Shown: one piece after another, positions 10,251 through 19,083 of the stretch
Numbering within the stretch: position 1 is the first letter of the stretch
Layout of the letters: each line of letters opens with the position of its first letter
NCBI GenBank assembly: GCA_963693055.1
Contig: OY843751.1
Coordinates: 2,656,001 to 2,720,000, forward strand
Direction: 5' to 3'
Source of the DNA: a bacterium
GTDB lineage: Bacteria > Zhuqueibacterota > Zhuqueibacteria > Residuimicrobiales > Krinioviventaceae
Length of the DNA stretch: 64,000 nt
Notes under the pieces: generated by a model
Seen by the model: the letters and a program-made list of their open reading frames with translations, nothing else
What the model was told of the DNA's origin: nothing
Databases searched by the model: none
Made by a program: the position numbers and the translations under genes

Positions 10251-10703
10251 ATGTCTCTATTACTACAGTCTATCGGTATTAGTCTCGTCCTTGCTGTTTT
10301 TATTTCCGAATTAACCGGACTATCAGCAGCCGGTTTAATTGTCCCTGGATACTTTGCTTATTATTGGAATGATCCTGTACATTTACTTTTGATCGCATTT
10401 GCTACAATTTACACCTGGCTTACTGAACGATTTGTTTCAAGATTTACAATAATGTTCGGTAAACGTGTTTTTGCATTGACTATATTATCAAGTTTTGTTT
10501 TTATGTATTTAATGGAAAACATTTTATATAATATAGGCTTCCAAATTACCCACATGGGTGATGCTATTGGATATTTTATTCCTGCTTTAATTGTTATTTA
10601 CATTGGTGCTAATGGATTTTTGAATACAATTTTATCCTTAACTTTATTAACCCTGCTAGTTCGAATAATAATGATAGTTTTAATATCTTTAAATTTAATT
10701 TAA
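10251..10703 (+). CDS. pgsC: Poly-gamma-glutamate biosynthesis membrane protein PgsC/CapC
   Basis: ELTGLSAAGLIVPGYFA, FGKRVF, AIGYFIPALI; 150 aa hydrophobic protein. Confidence 0.82.
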   Translation: MSLLLQSIGISLVLAVFISELTGLSAAGLIVPGYFAYYWNDPVHLLLIAFATIYTWLTERFVSRFTIMFGKRVFALTILSSFVFMYLMENILYNIGFQITHMGDAIGYFIPALIVIYIGANGFLNTILSLTLLTLLVRIIMIVLISLNLI

Positions 10704-10705
10704 AT

Positions 10706-11335
10706 TTATCTTTTTAACAATTTGAATGCTATGTTAGGTCCAAGTTGTTGTTTATATGCTAAACTTATCCATAACATGGCAAGCGCTTCTAAATTTCTTG
10801 CTGCATCAAGCTCGCCTGCATCAATAACTTCAAAACCCAATTCAACTGCTAATAATTTTACAGTCTTTTTAGCGTTTTTATCATTACCACAGATAAACAT
10901 TGTAGCTTGTTCAATTCCGAACATGGCATCCATCATATTGCCGGAACCTGTTGTGTTGAACGCTTTAACAACATTAGCCTGTGGTACTCTATCAGCAATA
11001 ATTTCTGCAGCAGATTTGCAATTTTCAAATTCGATTAAAGTAAGGTCAGAATTTAAAGGATTTGTACAGTCCACAATTGTCTTTTTATCAAGCTTTCAAA
11101 GCTTTTCTATCACATTCAAGGCGGATGTCCAGGGTGTTGCTAATACAATTACATCTGAATGTGATGCGGCTTGTTCAATGTCAACTGCTATACTGTTGTT
11201 GCATTCTTTTAATAGAGAGAGAACTTTGGGGGATCTTGGATTTCTTGAACCAAAAGTTATTTCATGGTTCATTGCTGACCAGCGTTTTCCCAGTGCTGTA
11301 CCTACTGCTCCGGTGCCAATAATGGAAATTTTCAT
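10706..11335 (-). pseudogene. NADPH-dependent F420 reductase (F420_oxidored family) with in-frame TGA
   Basis: ORFs 11096-11335 and 10706-11074 share a frame, separated only by TGA at 11096-11098 (IEKL*KLDKKTIVDCTNP); GTGAVG, VVKAFN, DAG.L..AR.LE motifs. Confidence 0.85.
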
Positions 11336-11402
11336 AGAACCTCCTGATTATTGTTTTGTACTATATTAACAATAAATCAAGAGTATTTATTTTAAGAAAT
11401 GT

Positions 11403-12929
11403 TTAATTATTTTTAATGGGAAAAGTTAATATTATCTCAGTGCCCTGTTCTGGTTTACTATTAACACTAATATTGCCATAATGTTCATGAATAATTTTAT
11501 AGCAGATAGATAACCCAAGCCCTGTACCAATTCCTGAACTTTTTGTAGTAAAACCGGGTTCAAAAATATGTTTCAAATCTTCCTGAGATATACCTCTACC
11601 GGTATCTTTGAATGTTACAATCACATTTTTTTGATCTGAATGTGTTGAAACAGTAATTATACCTGTGGATGTAATTGCTTCTCTAGCGTTCAACATGATA
11701 TTCCAAAAAACTTGATTTAGCTTGGCAGGAGAGCACAGTATCTTGGGAACTTTATTAAACCGAGTTTGGATTTCAATGTTCTTGTCTAAGCCACTTTTAA
11801 CAAGACGTATTGTATCTTCAAGACCTTCATGAACATCAAATAATTGAGTTTCAGCTTCATCAAGATTTGCAAAATTACGCATCGCTTTAACAATTTCAGT
11901 AATTCTGTTTGTACCATCTTCGGTCACACGATTAGCTTCGCGTAATACTTTAAAGTAATTTTCAATTTTTTTGTCATTTTCTTTGATATAATTCTCTTTA
12001 ATATGAGATTCAAGCTTACCTGTTGCACTTTTAACCGATTGTTGCATACTTTTTACGGCACCAATAGGATTATTGATTTCGTGAGCTATTCCAGCTGCCA
12101 ATTGGCCAACAGAAGCCATTGTTTTTGATTCAACCAATAGGGATTGTGTATTTTCAAGCTCTATTGTTCTTTCCTTTACTTTGGTTTCAAGATTTTCATT
12201 TAATTCTTCAACCATGCCAAATTGATATCGAAGTATTGCTATATAGAAAATAACTACACCAATAGGAAAAGCTAGAAAAACATAGATTTGCCAATTAATC
12301 CTAAAAAGAGGTAGAATATATATCAAAGAAATTACAGATCCATATATTATTCGGAATGCAATGATGTTTAAAAAGAGATATTCTCTGAAAATTTTATCTT
12401 TGGATTTTCTAAAAGCTGTATTAAGTGAAAATAAAATCTTACCTAAGCCTGTTACCAGTATAAATAAAAAGATTATAGAGATGGGACCAAATTTTATTTG
12501 AAATTTAGTAGAGTTAATACGTTCGATATTGTTAATAAATAAATGTGTCTCTTTGAGAACATAGAGCGTAATTGACCATAAAATTAACCCCAGAAAAAAA
12601 TAAAACCATACAGGTATATTTTTACCAAATAGTTTTACAACTTTGAATTGCCCTTTTCCTGTTAAAATGTTTGAATACATGATTGCAAAGATAATGGAAA
12701 ATATTGCAAACAAGGGAACAATCCTCAAATGTTCTTCGGAAATTGTCATTTCTTTGCGTGTTGCTAGAAAAGTAAACAGGGTAGCCATTCCCAGTAATAA
12801 ACTGAAAATTGAAAGCATTTTCCATTGTGATCCACCTTTTCCAGAAAAATATGAAACGATAGAAAGTGAAAAGAGAAACACCATGCTGATAAGTGGGGGG
12901 ATAGAATATATACTAATTGTGGTTGGCAT
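11403..12929 (-). CDS. Membrane sensor histidine kinase (about 7 TM N-terminal sensor)
   Basis: Hydrophobic N-terminal half; AGIAHEINNP H-box, NQVFWNIMLNA, DTGRGI, GTGLGLS. Confidence 0.92.
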   Translation of the reverse strand: MPTTISIYSIPPLISMVFLFSLSIVSYFSGKGGSQWKMLSIFSLLLGMATLFTFLATRKEMTISEEHLRIVPLFAIFSIIFAIMYSNILTGKGQFKVVKLFGKNIPVWFYFFLGLILWSITLYVLKETHLFINNIERINSTKFQIKFGPISIIFLFILVTGLGKILFSLNTAFRKSKDKIFREYLFLNIIAFRIIYGSVISLIYILPLFRINWQIYVFLAFPIGVVIFYIAILRYQFGMVEELNENLETKVKERTIELENTQSLLVESKTMASVGQLAAGIAHEINNPIGAVKSMQQSVKSATGKLESHIKENYIKENDKKIENYFKVLREANRVTEDGTNRITEIVKAMRNFANLDEAETQLFDVHEGLEDTIRLVKSGLDKNIEIQTRFNKVPKILCSPAKLNQVFWNIMLNAREAITSTGIITVSTHSDQKNVIVTFKDTGRGISQEDLKHIFEPGFTTKSSGIGTGLGLSICYKIIHEHYGNISVNSKPEQGTEIILTFPIKNN

Positions 12930-12957
12930 GACTTTCCTTTGATATCATTAATAAATA

Positions 12958-13674
12958 TCAATTACTAATATATTCATCCGGATTATTTAAAAACTTTTTG
13001 TATACCTGGTAATAACTGGTCTCTTTATAATCAATTTTGCTGCCACCTGGTGTGTCAAATGAATAAATATCAGCACCAGGACATGCAAGTAAAAGGGGAG
13101 AATGTGATACAATTACCATTTGGATGTTATCACTTTTAATAATTTTTTGCAATAGTTTAATAAATAAAATTTGACTGGATGGTGAAAGTGCTGTTTCTGG
13201 TTCATCCAAAAAATAAATTCCTTTTTTTTCATATCTGGCGGTAAAATATGATAAAATAGATTGTCCATGGGATTGAGTCATTAATGATTTGCCACCAAAA
13301 TAATCCAACAATCCTGAATCCATAGAACTCCATTCATCAACAATTTGACTGAAATTGTGAAAATGCTGAGAAGAAAAAAAAGATCCTTGTATAACACCAT
13401 CATTCCAGGGCATATCAATATATTGGTAAAGCATTTCTTCATATGGATTGTTTTCGATTCTAGATCTTTCAATGCCTTTCCAGATATAGATTCCAGCTCT
13501 TTTAGCCATACTTTTAAGAATTGTACTTTTTCCGGATCCGTTTTCCCCAACAAAAAAAGTAACATTTGATTTGAATGGAATGGTAATTCTTTCTTTGAAT
13601 AAATTAATGTTAAAGGGGTAACAATCTTCTTTTGGAAACTGGATTGGATCTACTGTAATACTTTTAATATGCAT
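12958..13674 (-). CDS. Stand-alone ABC-type ATPase (AAA family, SHG motif)
   Basis: Walker A GENGSGKST, SHGQS, Walker B FLDEPETALSP, VSHSP. Confidence 0.88.
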   Translation of the reverse strand: MHIKSITVDPIQFPKEDCYPFNINLFKERITIPFKSNVTFFVGENGSGKSTILKSMAKRAGIYIWKGIERSRIENNPYEEMLYQYIDMPWNDGVIQGSFFSSQHFHNFSQIVDEWSSMDSGLLDYFGGKSLMTQSHGQSILSYFTARYEKKGIYFLDEPETALSPSSQILFIKLLQKIIKSDNIQMVIVSHSPLLLACPGADIYSFDTPGGSKIDYKETSYYQVYKKFLNNPDEYISN

Positions 13675-13761
13675 TTATCTTGATCTTTAAGTTTATTAAA
13701 TTTTTATCAATATAAGTAAATTTAACCTAAAATAAAAAAATTAAATTTATTTGGAACTTTT

Positions 13762-13805
13762 TACGAAGAGCTTCGTATTAAATGCTAACTACGAAATGAT
13801 TCGTA
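13762..13805 (+). promoter_or_regulatory. Two palindromic BlaI-type operator sites
   Basis: TACGAA-gagc-TTCGTA (13762-13777) and TACGAA-atga-TTCGTA (13790-13805), each followed by TTAAAT, directly upstream of the repressor. Confidence 0.78.
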
Positions 13806-13821
13806 TTAAATTGGAGTTATT

Positions 13822-14205
13822 ATGTCCGACTATAAACCAACCGATTCAGAATTAGAGATTCTAAAGTTATTGTGGGAAAAAAGTCCCAGAACTGTACGGG
13901 AAATTAACAATCTGTTAAATCAAGAAAAAAAAGTGGGGTATACTACAACTTTGAAAATAATGCAGATCATGTATCAAAAAGGTTACCTCACAAGGACAAA
14001 GCAAGGCAAAGTTCATTATTATACGGTTTCTATTGAGCAACAAAAAACCCGTCAGGATTTATTAGACAAGCTTGTAAAAACCGCATTTGATGGATCATCA
14101 TTTAAATTGGTAATGCAGGCATTGGGTAGTGGAACCCGCTCTAAAAATGAACTGGATAAAATTCGTCAGTACCTTGATCAACTCGAAGGAGAAAACAATG
14201 ATTAA
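13822..14205 (+). CDS. BlaI/MecI/CopY family repressor
   Basis: PTDSELEILKLLW, TVREI, YTTTLKIMQIM..KG.L.R; overlaps start of M56 gene. Confidence 0.93.
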   Translation: MSDYKPTDSELEILKLLWEKSPRTVREINNLLNQEKKVGYTTTLKIMQIMYQKGYLTRTKQGKVHYYTVSIEQQKTRQDLLDKLVKTAFDGSSFKLVMQALGSGTRSKNELDKIRQYLDQLEGENND

Positions 14206-14990
14206 TACGAGTTTTATATCAACTCCCGTTACTCATGCAATCGGCTTGGCCTTGATTCATTCTATCTGGCAGGGAATATTAATTGGATTTTTGGCTGGTA
14301 TTTTTTTGGTTTTTATTAAAAATGAACGTCCGGAAATTAAATACAATATAGCTATTTCAGCTATGTTTTTCATGTTTATCACTTTTGTTGTTACATTTAT
14401 TATTTCATTTTATAATACCCATCATACGTCACAAATAATAACTCAAACTGCTAAAGTCCAGGTTTTTAATTCAACTCAAAGCATTATTCCAATCACTCCG
14501 AATGCTTTCACAATATTATTGATAAATGTTGAACCTTTTTTACCAATAATAACTATGATATGGTTAGTTGGAGTGCTTGCTCATATATTACAAATTTCAA
14601 AAGATTTGTTAAGGGTTCACTACCTGAAAACACGAAATATAAAAAGTGTTAATCCTGAATTAGCCAAAGTTTTTAATTTAGTTGCAAATCAGATGCGTAT
14701 TTTGAAAAATTTTCATGTGTTTGAATCTTCCAAAGTTCGAATTCCCATGGTTATTGGTTATCTAAAACCCGTCATTTTACTGCCTGCTGGCGTATTCACA
14801 GGTTTTTCAACCAAACAAATAGAATCTATCATTGCACACGAGCTTGCTCATATATTGAGAAATGACTATTTGATAAACATTATAATTTCTTTTATTAAAC
14901 CTGTGTTTTTTTATCATCCGGTTTTTTGGTGGTTTGTATCGATCATTGAACAGGAAAGAGAAAAATGCTGTGACGATAGGGCAATAACTG

Positions 14991-16430
14991 GAGTTATTGT
15001 CAATAGTTGTGGATCAAAAAGCGTATCCATTTCATAAAAGTTAAGCTGCCAACTTAAACAATTCCTGATTTTCCGGTTCACCATTCACAAATTTTTCTCC
15101 TTTAATCACAAATGGTATCCACTTGTACCCTCTCAAACGCCGCCACCGTTTTTCCGCTTCTTTAGCCAGTTTAAAAACCATAGTCAAAGTCGCCTGACTT
15201 GAACCGCAGCCCTTTGTTCTCCGCGTCCTGAGTCTCACTGTAGCAAAGGTAGATTCAATGGGATTCGTGGTCCGGATATGCTGCCAATGTGAATCCGGGA
15301 AATCATAAAAAGTAAAAAGTTGATCATAATCTTTTACCAGACAATTAACAACTTTGGGATACTTGTCTTCATAAATTTTGATAAATCTATGATAAGCGAT
15401 TAACGCATTTTCTTTGGTCTCAGCCATATACATTTCATGAATAAGCGATTTGGCATTTGTCTGCGCACTTTTCGGTAGCTTATCCAATATGTTGGCTGTC
15501 TTGTGGACCCAGCAGCGCTGTTCACGAGACTCGGGATAAACTTGTGGCAAAGCTTTCCAAAAACCGAGGGCACCGTCTGCGATTGCCAGTTTCGGTCCCA
15601 TCTCAAGTCCCTGGTCCTTTAACTCCAACAGCAGTTCTTTCCAGCTCAATTCGCTTTCTCGAAAGCCTTCTTTGACCGCCAAAAGCTCTTTTCGCCCATA
15701 TTCGTCCGCTCCAATAATCACTAAAATACAAGGATTTACGCCTTTCAATCGAACATTGAAATAGACACCATCGGCCCAGATGTATACATAGTGTTTGCCG
15801 GACAGATCACGCCTGGCCCATTGCTTGTACTCTGACTCCCATTCTTCTTTCAAGCGCACAACCGTGTTGGCTGAAAGTCCTTTGACTTTATCTCCAAGTA
15901 TAGCCGACAATGCAGCCGGGAAGTCCTGTGTCGAAATGCCCTTCAAATAAAGGGCAGGTATCAGGTTATTCAGGCTGGGTGTCCGTCTCAGGTATTTGGG
16001 TAGTATCTCACTTGTAAAGCCTTCTACGCCATGTTCCTGCCGTAATTTCCTGTCATCCACTCGCGGCTGCCGGATCGTTATTGGACCTGAACTGGACAAT
16101 ATTGTGCGCTCCGGCATGGAACCATTGCGTACGGCCAGGCGGTGACCTTGTTCATCTCTGTGATTTTTATAGCGATCAAGGTATTCCTGAACTTCGTTTT
16201 CTATGGCTGCTGCCAATATTTGTTGCGCTCCATTTCGAATAATTTCATCCAAACTTTTATTGAATGTTGTGGTTTCTGCTTGCAGTTCTGACTTTGTTGT
16301 ATTACCTTTTTTCATAGCGTGTCCTTTTTGGTTTTATCTTTTTTCTTGGTCGAAAAAAAATACTTAAAAACTATAGGATACGCTTTTTTATTTATTTTTT
16401 CAAGTCATCCACAACATTAGAATATAACTC
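14991..16430 (-). mobile_element. IS256-family insertion sequence (1440 bp)
   Basis: 24-bp imperfect IRs GAGTTAT-N8-GTTGTGGAT; 9-bp target duplication CAATAACTG at 14982-14990 and 16431-16439. Confidence 0.93.
15041..16315 (-). CDS. IS256 (Mutator) family transposase
   Basis: LYLKGIST, WADG, IADG, QRCWVHK, RTTNPIES DDE motifs. Confidence 0.96.
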   Translation of the reverse strand: MKKGNTTKSELQAETTTFNKSLDEIIRNGAQQILAAAIENEVQEYLDRYKNHRDEQGHRLAVRNGSMPERTILSSSGPITIRQPRVDDRKLRQEHGVEGFTSEILPKYLRRTPSLNNLIPALYLKGISTQDFPAALSAILGDKVKGLSANTVVRLKEEWESEYKQWARRDLSGKHYVYIWADGVYFNVRLKGVNPCILVIIGADEYGRKELLAVKEGFRESELSWKELLLELKDQGLEMGPKLAIADGALGFWKALPQVYPESREQRCWVHKTANILDKLPKSAQTNAKSLIHEMYMAETKENALIAYHRFIKIYEDKYPKVVNCLVKDYDQLFTFYDFPDSHWQHIRTTNPIESTFATVRLRTRRTKGCGSSQATLTMVFKLAKEAEKRWRRLRGYKWIPFVIKGEKFVNGEPENQELFKLAA

Positions 16431-16866
16431 CAATAACTGTTGTTTCTGATTCACTTTTGTACGCTCGCTCTCTGGAAAAATTGTATCAATTTAATTTAAC
16501 ATCTCCTTCCATTGCAATGACAGCTATTAAGAATAACAACCAGGTATTTAAACGGATAAAACGAATTACGAATCCTGTTGTAATGGAAAGTAACAGACTG
16601 GGAGAGACATTGCTGCTTACATTATTCATTATTGGTTTATGCATATTTTCTGCTAATGCTCAATCTGGAATTAATAATACCGATTCAACAAATCATTCAC
16701 AAAATGAAAACATCTCAGATTCACTATTACATAAAGATCTTTCTGAAACAATACCTGTGGAGAACAATGATAAATCAGAAAGCAATAATACTTGTAATGC
16801 TTATCTTTGAATTTGAGAAATGGGCCAAAATTATTAAATTAGATAAAACAGAACAAAGGAGGCCCA

Positions 16867-17172
16867 TTGAGTACCCGACAACGATTTACAGCCGAAGCCA
16901 AAGTACAGATACTACGTGAACATTTGGAAAATAATGTCAAGATATCCGAATTAGCTGAAAAATATAAAGTTCATCCTGGTGTGATCCAGCGATGGAAAAA
17001 AGAACTCTTTGAAAACGCACTTGATGGTTTTTCCGGCCAGCATAAAAATCGTAAAGATAAAACCCGCAAAGAAGAACAACTTGAGCATAAAGTGATCAAA
17101 ATGCAGGAAGTGATTACCGAGCTGTCAACAGAGGTGATTGATTTGCGAAAAAAGTATTTTGGGGCCCCCTGA
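16867..17172 (+). CDS. IS3-family OrfA (HTH)
   Basis: RQRFTAEAKVQIL, HTH with WKK, C-terminal coiled coil; AAGGAGG RBS before TTG. Confidence 0.9.
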   Translation: MSTRQRFTAEAKVQILREHLENNVKISELAEKYKVHPGVIQRWKKELFENALDGFSGQHKNRKDKTRKEEQLEHKVIKMQEVITELSTEVIDLRKKYFGAP

Positions 17173-17191
17173 AAGATCGTTGGGTAGCCCC
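17131..17191 (+). promoter_or_regulatory. Programmed -1 frameshift signal
   Basis: A-AAA-AAG at 17148-17154 in OrfA phase, SD-like GAGGTG at 17131-17136, downstream GGGGC...GCCCC stem; -1 frame open into OrfB. Confidence 0.85.
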
Positions 17192-17246
17192 TGACATACG
17201 CGATGACATTATCACTACATTTGACCGGTTAAAAACACAAACCCAT

Positions 17247-18140
17247 GTGCCAGTTAACACCTTGCTCAACGCGGCAGGATTATCGTGGGCCAGGTACCAT
17301 GACTGGCAAAAACGATTTGGACAACCCAATAGGCACAACAGCGATACGCCGCGCGACTTTTGGCTTGAGCCGTGGGAAAAACAGGCGATAATTGATTACA
17401 AAAAAGATCACATGGAAACCGGATATAGACGTTTAACCTATGAGATGCTGGATAACGACATTGTTGCCGTCAGCCCGTCAACAAGCTACAGGATATTGCG
17501 TCTGGCAGGCTTGACAAGTCGTTGGAATAACAAGACCTTAGAGGTAAAACGGAAAGGATTCGTGCAGCCAAAGAAACCTCATGAGCACTGGCACATGGAC
17601 ATATCCTATGTCAACTTTCATGGATCACACCTGTTTTTGATCTCTGTACTTGACGGATATTCCCGCTTTATTGTGCACCATGAGCTCAGAACACATATGC
17701 AGGAATACGATGTGGAGATCGTACTTCAACGGGCTCTGGAAAAATATCCGGACAAGACACCAAGGATCATTTCAGATAATGGCACCCAGTTCATTGCCAA
17801 CGATTTTAAATCCTTTTTGAGATTGAACAATCTGACACATGTACGAACATCGGTCAATCATCCACAAGCAAATGGAAAACAGGAAGCATTCCACAAGACA
17901 ATCAAAAATGAATGTATTCGTGTTAAAAGCTTTCTGGGTTTGGAGGATGCGAGAAAAATAGTTGCTGAATATGTTCATGAATATAACCATAAACGACTGC
18001 ATAGCGGCATAAACTATATCGCTCCGTATGATATGTTATGTGGCCGGGCTGAAATCATTTTCAAAGAACGTGATTTGAAACTTGAACAAGCACGACAAAG
18101 ACGAAAGGAAAAGGCACAACTTGAACGAAAAGCAGCTTAG
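17247..18140 (+). CDS. IS3-family OrfB (rve integrase-type DDE transposase), probably expressed as OrfAB fusion
   Basis: GYRRL, WHMDISY, LDGYSR, SDNGTQF, NGKQEAFHKTIK, YN..RLHS. Confidence 0.93.
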   Translation: MPVNTLLNAAGLSWARYHDWQKRFGQPNRHNSDTPRDFWLEPWEKQAIIDYKKDHMETGYRRLTYEMLDNDIVAVSPSTSYRILRLAGLTSRWNNKTLEVKRKGFVQPKKPHEHWHMDISYVNFHGSHLFLISVLDGYSRFIVHHELRTHMQEYDVEIVLQRALEKYPDKTPRIISDNGTQFIANDFKSFLRLNNLTHVRTSVNHPQANGKQEAFHKTIKNECIRVKSFLGLEDARKIVAEYVHEYNHKRLHSGINYIAPYDMLCGRAEIIFKERDLKLEQARQRRKEKAQLERKAA

Positions 18141-18583
18141 AGTTTTTTTTCGAATCCCTTCTCACAAGTGTTGGAAGGGTGAGGAGAAAAAACTCGGACT
18201 ATAACTTATTTTAAAGTGGCCTTTTCTCAAATTTTCCTTGAACCATTACAGTATTCGGAACTAGAATCAATACAATTGATTTTGATCAATTACATGAAAA
18301 TATATTACTCATGCAACAGCATTTAGATTCTGTTATGGTTAATAGTAAAGATTATGAGGCACAATTATCAATTGTACAGGATAAATTAAACGATCCTGAA
18401 TTTATGAAGCAAATAGAACTTGCAATTGAAAACGATCTTCAAAATGTTAAAATAGACACTCAGGTATTAGAGGAGAAAATAAAATCCCTAAATGAAGAAA
18501 AAATTAAAGAAATAAACAAAGCATTAAAAGAACTGAATCAATCAGTTGAAAATCAAGATAATGACTAAAAATATATATTTTTT

Positions 18584-18970
18584 TTATGCTACAGGTTCTT
18601 CATCCATAATTAACGTTTTATCAAAGTATCTCATGGATTCTTCCTGTAAGAGAACCCAAAAGGTATAAACACCCAATATGGTACCCAGGGGGATATTGAA
18701 TAAATTAAAAGCTGCGAGAATCATAATTAGGATACGGGCCCAGTTTTTACCTTTGTACAATGCGTAACCACCAATTATACCTGGAATGGAAAAAATAAAA
18801 ATAATTGTCGATATAGTAGTACCTACAGCACTTGTAATAAATAATGCCTGTTCATCGCCAGATAAGATACCGCCACCTGTAAGAATAACAAATACAACGA
18901 GTGCAGTCAAAACACCCATAATGCTAAACGCAATGTACAGAATACTTAATAAATGAATATGCTTTTCCAT
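18584..18970 (-). CDS. Small multi-TM membrane protein
   Basis: ATG at 18970 with GGAGG RBS; IIGGYAL..K.WAR, P.GT.LG.YT.WVL. Confidence 0.75.
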   Translation of the reverse strand: MEKHIHLLSILYIAFSIMGVLTALVVFVILTGGGILSGDEQALFITSAVGTTISTIIFIFSIPGIIGGYALYKGKNWARILIMILAAFNLFNIPLGTILGVYTFWVLLQEESMRYFDKTLIMDEEPVA

Positions 18971-19034
18971 TGAACCCTCCAAAGTTATATTTGATTTAAA
19001 ATAACAAATTACAAATTGCAATCAAATATAAAAT

Positions 19035-19071
19035 AAAAAAAAATGCCAAATCGAAGCAGATTTGGCATTTT
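19035..19071 (-). terminator. Intrinsic terminator of metE
   Basis: AAAATGCCAAATC-N6-GATTTGGCATTTT with T-run on minus strand. Confidence 0.8.
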
Positions 19072-19083
19072 AAAAGGTATAGT

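Larger units (their letters stand above)
16793..18250 (+). mobile_element. IS3-family insertion sequence (1458 bp)
   Basis: TG...CA ends; about 34-bp IRs TGTAATGCTTATCTTTGAATTTGAGAAATGGGCCA versus TGTAATGGTTCAAGGAAAATTTGAGAAAAGGCCA; orfA/orfB; no target duplication visible. Confidence 0.92.
14198..18568 (+). pseudogene. M56/BlaR1-like metallopeptidase interrupted by two IS elements
   Basis: HELAH zinc motif, ERE.CCD; segments 14198-14990, 16440-16792 and 18251-18568 join in frame to 487 aa. Confidence 0.9.

Noticed and set aside
11096-11098. Selenocysteine or TGA=Gly/Trp recoding
   Set aside because: Not a catalytic Cys position, no clear SECIS-like hairpin, and many intact genes here (aroA, aroE, aroK, polX, topIB) end in TGA.
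10722-11369. 215-aa plus-strand ORF and similar antisense ORFs (e.g. 33778-34209, 48057-48458, 58088-58534)
   Set aside because: Shadow frames of well-supported genes on the opposite strand; no motifs.
15041-18140. Both transposases end in -AA (KLAA, RKAA), like ClpXP degrons
   Set aside because: Common among transposases and not testable from sequence alone.
14991-18250. Composite transposon carrying 16440-16792
   Set aside because: The two IS belong to different families, the IS256 has its own target duplication, and the intervening DNA is the host gene's own middle section.
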